DNA of 31,981 bases from Macrostomum lignano (taxonomy: Eukaryota). The translations under genes were made by a program, and so were the position numbers. The DNA lies in contig NIVC01000367.1 in assembly GCA_002269645.1 (NCBI GenBank), forward strand, positions 1 through 31,981, read 5' to 3'. Positions 20,229-31,981 of the stretch are shown here, in pieces (position 1 is the first letter of the stretch; every line of letters begins with the position of its first letter). The notes under the pieces were generated by a model. It saw only the letters and a program-made list of their open reading frames with translations, was not told the origin of the DNA and did not search any database.

Positions 20229-20756
20229 ATCTGCTCAGGCCTGAACTTTCTGCATTGTCAGCCGCAGGGCGCCATCTTGCACCGCGACATCAAAAGCGGA
20301 AATATAATGCTCACCGACGAGGGAGTCATCAAGCTGATCGACTTCGGCCTCGCTAAGGAGATCGTCGGCACTTGCGGCCTGAGCACAGGCGTCGATCCTA
20401 AAGGCACCTCCTACTTCATGGCTCCCGAGCTGTTCATGGGCGAGGGCGACTCGATTTTGTACTCAGCCAAGACCGACATGTGGGCCTTCGGCTGCACCGT
20501 TTATGAGCTGACGACCATGCAGCCTCCTGACGCAAACGTTCAGCAGTTCCGGATCGGCGTCCTGAGGTGCGGAGGGCGGGCGATGCCTCGGATTTCGGAC
20601 GGGTTCTCAGCCGACCTGAAGGACTTCTACCTCAGGTGCGTAGACTATGACCCGAGGAAGCGAGCGGACACCGCGGAGCTGCTGGGGCACAGCTTCCTGA
20701 GAGTCTCATCGCGACTGCGCGAGCGACGGGCTGTGAGAGAGCGGAACGACTCTTGA
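20229..20756 (+). CDS. Ankyrin-repeat/kinase gene, kinase C-lobe and terminal exon
   Basis: Acceptor ttgcag|atc (phase 0). Reads HRDIKSGN, DFG, GTSYFMAPE, DMWAFGCTVYEL. TGA at 20754-20756. The four core exons sum to 2004 nt (667 aa). Confidence 0.92.
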   Translation: MCSGLNFLHCQPQGAILHRDIKSGNIMLTDEGVIKLIDFGLAKEIVGTCGLSTGVDPKGTSYFMAPELFMGEGDSILYSAKTDMWAFGCTVYELTTMQPPDANVQQFRIGVLRCGGRAMPRISDGFSADLKDFYLRCVDYDPRKRADTAELLGHSFLRVSSRLRERRAVRERNDS

Positions 20757-22250
20757 AGCGGTCTTTTTCGCTTGCTGACACCGAAAGTTGCCTGTTAATT
20801 ATTGAATTAGATAATTAATTTGATAATTAGTTGTCCCTTTTTCTTTATCTAATGCCCTTGCTTATCTGATTGCTCTTTTTGTTTATCTAATTTTTGTATC
20901 CCTGAATTCCTAGCCTACGGGATCTGTAGCGGACACAGGGTACACTACTAGTACACTCGCACGGGTCGCCAAGGAGTGCTTACAATTTCCCAGCGTCTAA
21001 AGCGTCGGGACGCACCCATGATACCTTCCCACGCGTCGGGAAGCGGTGATCGGAACGCTCTGGCTCGCGTACAGATGACGCAATCCAGTATCGATATGTC
21101 TAACTTAGGACGGCGTTAGGTCACTCGGACTATCAATTTCTTCTGCCAACCGAATGACGGAATTACTTGGTTAGCTGTAGAGGCTGACGTGAACTGAGGG
21201 TTTATTTGCTTCACAAACCGTAGCGGATCTGGAAGTAAGGGACTGTCTTGTGCGCAGAGCGGGGAGGCAGGGAGAGAGAAGCGATCGAGAGAGGCACATC
21301 AAGAGGGAGCCGCTAAAGCCACTGCCTACGGAGGGGGAAGGCCACAAACCCTCCAACCTAGCTCCCCACCAGCGACCCAGCCGAATGGTCGCCCAGACCA
21401 GCCCATCACAGACACGATAACAACAAAGGGCAAAACTGGCCGCAGCCAATCAGCAACGCGGCAAACACAAAACACCAAGCCAGTGCCGCGTAATACGGTT
21501 GGGGTCTACGAGCGTACTTAAAAAAGCCGCCGCCAGCCGCACCCCAACCCCAACCAACCACCCAAAAGCAGCTACAAAACAAGTAAGCAGCAATAAAGAA
21601 AAGTGGTTTAAGCCAGCTGTCTGAGACACACACAAGGGGTTGACTCGCGTAAACAGCGAAAAAATGGGACGCTTGGTAGGCTCAGACAGTTTGGAGGACG
21701 GGTGCACTCGTACTGCAAAAGTGCGCGACAAAGCATAATTACACTTTTTGTTTAACCACATCTTTTGTTTGTCCGACTGCTTTCTTTATTCGAACGGCTT
21801 AGATTTTGAGTTAGTATCGTTTTGTCTATCGATTTTCCTGCTGCTATCCGCTGCTTAGGTTAATTATTCTAGTACAGTTTTGTTTATTTAGTTGCGATTC
21901 GAAAAAAAATTTTTTTTTGACTTCCGGGTTTGTTTAACCGGTTGCTCCTTTCAATCAATGAGACTTTTTTGTGCTGACTCGAGTGCTATTTCAGTTTTAA
22001 GCTGATCAAACTCTGGCACAGAGCCAATCACAATTTCCCTAATCTGCTCAAACTGCTCAATGCCGACTCCAGATTTTTTGTTGCCGAGAATTTTTCACAT
22101 TTTTCAGCCACCGGTTCGGCGCTTTTTTCCGGCATTGATTTTTGTATTTGATTTTTGGACTGATTTTTTGGACTGACTAATCCAGTGCTTTCTCAAGAGT
22201 TCTCAAAAATACGAGTTCTCGTAAATAGCTCGTATACAGACACCGTTTGG

Positions 22251-22705
22251 CTTGCAGTGACTCGCTGTGTCCTGACTTGCCGTGACCCGCTGTGTCCTGA
22301 CTTGCTGTGACCCGCTTTGTCCTGACTTGCCGTGACCCGCTGTATCCTGACTTGCCGTGACCCGCTGTGTCCTGACTTGCCGTGACCCGCTGTGTCCTGA
22401 CTTGCCGTGACCCGCTGTGTCCTGACTTGCCGTGACCCGCTGTGTCCTGACTTGCCGTGACCCGCTGTGTCCTGACTTGCTGTGACCCGCTGTATCCTGA
22501 CTTGCCGTGACCCGCTGTGTCCTGACTTGCCGTGACCCGCTGTGTCCTGACTTGCCGTGACCCGCTGTGTCCTGACTTGCCGTGACCCGCTGTGTCCTGA
22601 CTTGCCGTGACCCGCTGTGTCCTGACTTGCCGTGACCCGCTGTGTCCTGACTTGCCGTGACCCGCTGTGTCCTGACTTGCCGTGACCCGCTGTGTCCTGA
22701 CTTGC
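22251..22705. repeat. 25-bp minisatellite, 18 near-perfect copies
   Basis: Unit cttgccgtgacccgctgtgtcctga. Confidence 0.97.
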
Positions 22706-23630
22706 TCATCCCTGCTGCTGCAGCCCCGCTCTGATGAGCAGCAATGGAGTTCGGCATATGAGTGGCTAGTGGGCTGCCATGCCATGCGCTGGGGACTGCA
22801 GACCCTGCAGACAGCTACAGCCTCCACAGACAGAATCACGTAAAATTTAGATTATACAGTATAGTTTGTCACTCAGTGCTTCATCAGAGGTGCTGGCTTA
22901 CTTGAGTCAGAGCCTCACTCAGTGCAATGCATACAACAGTGTGGGGAGGGCAGAGCTGATGAAGCAGACATGCAGTGAAGCTGGCCATTGTTTTCAAAGG
23001 GCTTGCAGAGTGTCATGAGGTCTGAGGCTGCCTCACGGCTCGGCCCCTCACGCAGTGAGCAGGAGATGTGCAGAGCCCTTAACTGCACAGACGCTGCAGA
23101 GCTGTTCCAGTTGCCATGGCAACGGGGGAGACTCGAGCTCGGAGAACGCAGAGGAGTCTGTGGACAGCTGAGCAATCTGCTCACCTGGAGGCTGGGTGGT
23201 ACGGCTGGTTGCTTCATCTGCACAAAAGTGAGTTCGAACGAGCATCAGCCATTCTGTGCATCTCTTTTGAACAGCTGATGCTGCATCAATGATGCTGGCA
23301 GACACTTGAGTCTGTGCTCACTCAGTGCACTGTGCAATGTACATAAATAAGTGTTTGCAGTGGCTTCGCATTGCATTGAACTGAGACAATGGCGGGGCAT
23401 GAGGGCTGCTCAGCCACCTCAGCGGGGCGCCGCTGTTCCCGGTGTCAAAATTGAATGCACACTGTCAAAAGTGCTAACAAAGTTTTTATAAAAGCTTTAT
23501 AATGGAAGCAGCTGACAAAAATCAGGGCCATATGATCGATTCCTGTGCTGAAATTCACATGCTTGAAAGGTGTAGGAGAGCCATCAGGTAGACTTTTTTT
23601 GAAAATTTTCCTATGCAAAAACGGGTCTAT

Positions 23631-24251
<621 letters not shown>

Positions 24252-24402
24252 GGGAGGAAAATCTCGACGGGGAAATTTCATGCGGGAAATTCTCGTGCTC
24301 CCGCAAAAACACTTAAAACTACGATAAACAAAAGCAGATTAGCACTCTGCGAGCATAAGCATCCCTTATGATGAGTTACCAGTACACATGCCACAGGTTT
24401 TT

Positions 24403-27324
<2,922 letters not shown>

Positions 27325-27369
27325 CAAATACAAGATGGGGTCGCTGGTTAGACAGAATTCTGGCCCGCA

Positions 27370-27725
27370 CTATAGCTGGGACATCGGGAGTTTATGGTGA
27401 AAATCCAGAAACAGGTACGAGGCTCCCCTGCTCTGCGCGGTCACATGCTTCAACACTGAGTGCAGAAAGCCGGGTTGATCTGTAAAACACTGGCTGCTTA
27501 GTGCTGCAATCTGCAGCTGGTCTCTGCTTTTCCATTGAACAAAAAATTTCTGAGCCAGCATTACCAAGAAGCACCGGCAAGTGATGTGCGATTCCAATGA
27601 AAAAATTCGCATTAAAGCAGAATTTGAAGTTTCGTCTATTAAGTCATCACCAGTTCACCAGGCCATTGGGTCTCAGCTACACGTCTCGATGTTTGGGAAA
27701 TCCCTGGTGGAGATGCACATCTATG
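27370..27725 (-). pseudogene. Polinton/adintovirus packaging ATPase, C-terminal half, frameshifted
   Basis: HLHQGFP...GDDLIDETSNS (Walker B-like), NFFIGIAHH, SRDQLQIAALSSQCF, SYLFLDF resemble the A32-like ATPase pattern DDLM...LFTKGSHH...PRDKxQI..LARQ...GYLLIDL. Confidence 0.65.
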
Positions 27726-27730
27726 GCTGC

Positions 27731-28336
27731 TCAACTCTGTTTTAACAGAAACACGGGCACTGGAAAACATCGCTGAGGAGAGCGGCCCGCATACTCATTC
27801 CATCTTTGGCTCTCTTTGAGCTCTTCAGCTGCAGAGTCCGGCTCCAGGAAGTCTGCAGGGTAAAGCTTTAGTTGCTGGGCATCAGATGAGCTCCTTAGCG
27901 CTTTGAAGTGCGCGTGGTAGGGATAGAGCAGGTCTCCGCCAGACACCACTCGCTGGTTAATGTTCACAATTACATCTGAGAAGGCTGTAGACAGAACAAA
28001 ATTTTCTGGGTGCACATCAGTGTCTCTGCGATCAGTGATGATAACATCTCTGTCTCGAACATTCTCCCTTATCAACTCCATCCAGTCTCACAAGGCGGCA
28101 GTGAATATAAAGAAAAGAATTAAGTGAATCTGTGTATTCAGCAGCAGATTTGTGGCAGTCAAATTGAATGGGTGAGTTTGGAGTAATGTAATTAACTGGG
28201 TAAATGTCAAAATAAGTAGCCTTTTAATGCAGGTTTGCATAATGGGAGTCTTAAGTAAATCAAGTCGAGGATTGAATCCGTAAGCCGCGTCTGTGACAGA
28301 GTAGTGCACTCGTAGCCTTGGTCGGCTTTCTTCCAT
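27731..28336 (-). pseudogene. Polinton/adintovirus major capsid protein, N-terminal half, frameshifted
   Basis: LDLLKTPIMQTCI, YPV...NSPIQF...EYTD....FLYIHCRLV, STAFSDVIVNINQRVVS...YPYHAHF match the Polinton MCP pattern LDLF..PPTQTSI / PIEF / EYIDL / SLFSQVDVSLN / YPYRAY. Confidence 0.72.
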
Positions 28337-28439
28337 TGCACCTCTTATACCTCTTCTCCACCACTCGCCCTTTAAGTGCGCTTTTTCCTCCTCAAACGTT
28401 TCAGATTTGGTTCAATATTTCTTTTGCGCTTGACATTGC

Positions 28440-29350
28440 TACGAGTTGAGGGTGCGGATGATGTAGTGGAGGCCGGTATGTCCTGATCCCTGGAAAGCTC
28501 CCACAGCCATAGAGTGCATGCTTTTAGTGTCCTATTCTTACCCTCCAATATATTGCTGAATCAGCTGCTGTTCTTTCGTTGCAATAGGTTCACCGGAATC
28601 TGGACAGAGCATAACAGAGCTGTGTGTCTGTGCAAACTCTATTGCAATCACACAGCTCGTACGGTCGCTGTGAGTCCGACGCCGCCTGCAGTTCGTGCTT
28701 GTGAAATAACCCTTGGATCTTTTCTCCTTTCGTGTCTGGTATCCTGTACGTGTAAGGATAGCGTTTCGGAGCTATTTTTGCAACTACAGTGTACTCGTAC
28801 ACCTTCTCGCTCTAGTTTGCTTTGTGAATTTCAATACATTTACTTTTCTGAATAGTCCGGGTCCGGTGAAAAGTGTCACTTTGGTTTCCTGACTTTATCC
28901 AACACTGGTTTCTAGTGCCTTGCGGTCAACACAGGTTCATCTGCACTTCCGGCTCGTTTTGCTTGCAAAAATTTCTTGTAAAAAGCAGCATATTGTACTA
29001 CTTCAGTAACTTTGACAGCGCATCAACCCACTTTTATTCTTTAAAGTTTTGCCCCATCGTTTCCAATCGATGATTTCAGCTTGCTGCTTGTTTTAAACGC
29101 TAGAATTCCATTTTACGCTCGTATGTGCAAGCTCTGACGAAAGCTCGAATTGACAATTTTTCCCCTGGTCTGAGCGAACTGTTCGCTTTAATTGTGCTCT
29201 TCAAAATTGTCTCGAGAGCAGACCTCACATCTGCTGCTGATTTAGTCGTTAGCGGCTTGGTCCAGGCACTTATTTTGACAGCACTTCGATGCATGTGAGG
29301 ATATACTTGTATCCCTGGTTGTACTTTGTGAATGGAATCATTTCTACCAG
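28440..29350 (-). pseudogene. Polinton-type retroviral-like integrase, decayed
   Basis: LVEMIPFTKYNQGYKYILTCIEVLSK*AWTKPL, RSDQGK, KWVDAL...YN, YTYRIPDTKGEKIQGLFHKHELQ match the Polinton integrase pattern DLVDM...GYKYILTVID.FSKYAW / SDxG.EF / YKLKD..GE.I.G.FY..ELQ. Multiple stops and frameshifts. Confidence 0.82.
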
Positions 29351-30736
29351 ATACAGTTCTTTTAAAGTCCTCTTGTCTCCCGCTGTTTCGTTCTAATCCT
29401 CCGACTTTGTCTGACATTAAAGTACGAGTACTTCAAGTACAATATTTGCAAGACTGCTACACAGAGCCTAAACTTTTCGTCCCCTGCTGCTGGAGGGGGA
29501 GGGTTCCTTTGTGGTTAGCAACGCCCGGGCTCAAAAACAAACACATTCAAACGGTTTTACAATAAATTAGTACGTTGCTATGGGGCGAGATAATTTTTTA
29601 TTATCAGTAATTATTTTGTCTAGGTTAAGTTAGAGCGATTAGGGACAGTCAGACTGAAGTCTTGTGCGCGCATCAGACCGCCGGTCCAGTCCAGCCCCTT
29701 GGTTGCTATGCTCCTCGGGGTTGCTCATCGGCGTTGGGGTGGCTGCTGCTTCTTCCTCTCCAGTCGGCCAATTTTCACACTTACCAGAACTGACTTCGCT
29801 TATCTCACCTGTTTTGCCTGGCACCGCACCGACTGGCCTGGTATCTGGAATGGAGGGTGGCTGTTCTATTCTTATCATGCTCATGGTCCCCGCTACTTAC
29901 CTCTAATCGTCCGATTTAGACGATCTTTCACTTCTACCGTTTGTACTTCTAAGCTAAGCTCGCCTTGCTCGGCGCTGTTTTACTTTAAGTTCAATATCAA
30001 CATTAAGTTTTAGTTATTTATTTGAGTTGCCGATGGATTTCGTCCAACAATTGGACATCTTCAGGGTCGAAATTTATTTGAACCAAATTATTGAACGCAA
30101 ACAGTATATATAGTGAGTGGAGAGAAGTATTATTGGTAACCGAAACCGAAATGCATTCTTCCCCTACCAATGCTTCTACTTTCGATTAATATGTACAAGT
30201 TTTTAAACCATCAAAATTACATGTACTCGTACTTTCATACTTCTCCCCACTCACTATATATACTGTTTGGGTTCAATAATCTACTTTTTCTACTTTTATT
30301 CAATTCAATTTATCTACTTTTCATTAAGCGAGCCACTTGCCTAATTTCTGTTTAATGTTCGATAATCCAACTCTTATGTGATTTTTATCCGACTTTAATG
30401 CCTTGTTTTCGAGCCCACATCGAGCCCTCATTTAGAAGTCCGTTGCAACCAGAAAAATTGCTGCTTGGGCTGCTCGGGGTGAAAGGTGATATCTTTTCCA
30501 CCCACTTAAAATTCAAGTAAGACAAGACAGATTTCTTTCTTAAATGCTTCAAAGACTGCGACAGATGACCTTTAATAGAAGAGCAGTGTATTTTAGTAAC
30601 ATATTGTGTAGTATCATGAAAATTGATATAAGAACGAATTAAGGCGAGCATACACACACACGTACACACGAAGAGAATTTCTGTAGTAGAATACTTCGAA
30701 ATAGTTGCTGTCATTCAGAAAGAACTTCACTCATCC

Positions 30737-31366
30737 TCATTGTCTTAGTTCGGCATCCATATTGGCCTCTTGACCGCATTCTTCCTGGACGTTGCTTTCG
30801 TTTCCTGACGTTGTTTGTTGCAGCCGCACGAGTCCAAAATCGGTACCACACCGGAGCTTCTTGCAAGTCCGTGTCCTCTGGCAGGGATGTTCCCAGCATC
30901 GGCTGAGGGCATCTGAGGGCGTTGAAGTCACCGGCTGGTTAACGATCGTCAGCTCTGTTGGTTAGCGGGCATCCTCTCTGCTCTCATTCAGTTCAGTCTT
31001 GACTGGTAGCTTCACGGTGTCAAAATCATCTTCATCAGTGTCAGATGAGCTCAGCTCGTACTTCATTACTTAACTTGTCATCCAGCTGGAAGCTTCCCAC
31101 GTTTTTGCCTCATGAGCGAAGGCAGGGGCAGGGTGCATGAGTTTCACGAACTCCTCACAACAGTCCTCTGGCAGTCGCTTAAACCAAATTATTCTTTGTC
31201 TGACTTCGACGAACTTGTCGAAGCCTAACTTCACCACCTTAGTTTCCCTGCTTAGAGCGGCCTCACGAGGGAGCGGTTTACCTCTTTCAGTTTCGCCTAC
31301 TGACGCATATTGAGGTTGAAGCTGGGAACTAAAGGCTTGAGGCTGATGACGCTGCCTTATTGCTTC
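30737..31366 (-). pseudogene. Unidentified 210-codon frame interrupted by two TAA stops (possible Polinton accessory gene remnant)
   Basis: One frame runs EAIRQRHQ...EANMDAELRQ* with only two internal stops (31070-31072 and 30962-30964). No family was recognised. Confidence 0.3.
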
Positions 31367-31923
31367 ATTATTGCAAAAAAATTCTGTCTTTAGAATTTTG
31401 GCTACCCTAACGTACGTGCCTCACAGAATCGTCTTTCGCAGATTCGCAAATACTTTTTTCAAAGCTGCTCCCTTTGCGCTAGTATATCTATGGCGGAGTG
31501 GGGTGAGTGCCGGAGGGAGGATGCTGGGAAAAAGGCTTGGTTGGTTACATTGGTACGTCCACTCCAAATGCATAGCACTTCACACTCTGCAGGCATAATG
31601 CTAGGCTGGGTTTTCAAATAGCTCGTTAAGCAGGTATATTTATAGCTACTGAGGCTTCCATATGAATAGGTTTTTATTTGCTGTCTAAATTAAACGAGTC
31701 AAATTTTCAACATTAAAACAGTACGTGCAGTGACAGAGACTAACGTCTACAAAACTATAGCGAGTACACCTCTTGCTTTATAACTCGATTACGCTTATCA
31801 TATTTATAACTCCGGTTAGCGCAGAGTTGTGCAGCTCCACAACGACACTGCCCTAATCTTTAACATTGCCGCCTATTCCCTAGGGAAAGTGCGTCAGCGT
31901 TCAACTAACCCACACTACTATCC

Positions 31924-31981
31924 GCCTCAGTCCATTTAAACAAATTTTCTCTGCACAGAGAGAGCTCAGAGATTTCAGTCC
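31924..31981 (+). repeat. Dispersed copy of the sequence upstream of the ankyrin-kinase gene (15722-15778)
   Basis: gcctcagtccatttaaacaaattt(t)ctctgcacag(g/a)gagagctcagagatttcagtcc has 1 indel and 1 substitution, and the match runs off the window end. Confidence 0.92.

Noticed and set aside
21176-21743. Solo-LTR-like segment (TGTA...TACA ends, AATAAA near the minus-strand 3' end)
   Set aside because: The flanks (ttagc / ctttt) give no TSD, there is no PBS or PPT, and no second copy lies in the window.
2897-22705. Tandem arrays as possible CRISPR loci
   Set aside because: Units are contiguous without unique spacers, there are no cas genes, and the context is eukaryotic.
22890-23345. Degenerate ~50-bp direct repeat (tgctggc..acttgagtc..ctcactcagtgca) about 400 bp apart
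   Set aside because: Too short and gapped to call an LTR pair or element boundary by eye.

Overview
Eukaryotic (metazoan) genomic DNA with spliceosomal GT-AG introns, GC-rich exons and AT-rich, transposon-filled spacers. The style (minisatellites in almost every spacer, compact gene cluster) is reminiscent of a free-living flatworm such as Macrostomum, but that is only an inference. The left third holds three closely spaced minus-strand genes: NOC4L (CBF/Mak21 domain), then YJU2B/CCDC130, then an intronless orphan Ser/Thr kinase carrying a KSP-type VNTR inside its catalytic domain. The two downstream genes each have a splice acceptor 62-64 nt before the ATG, which suggests an operon resolved by trans-splicing. 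The AT-rich block at 8.4-14.5 kb contains two nested hAT-type MITEs with perfect 8-bp TSDs, a third MITE carrying a 64-bp 28S rDNA fragment altered at the R2/I-PpoI cut site, and a Merlin/ISXO2 transposase remnant. A plus-strand gene at 15.9-20.8 kb can be spliced in frame into an ankyrin-repeat + STE11/MAP3K-like kinase, and its 5' sequence recurs at the window end. The right third holds two related RNase H-bearing non-LTR retrotransposons (one 5'-truncated, one with the RT domain deleted), (GACA)n and (GATA)n arrays, a 90-bp inverted repeat and a decayed Polinton/adintovirus relic (integrase, major capsid protein, packaging ATPase). No CRISPR array, tRNA or intact rRNA gene was seen. All homology calls come from motif recognition by eye, not database searches.
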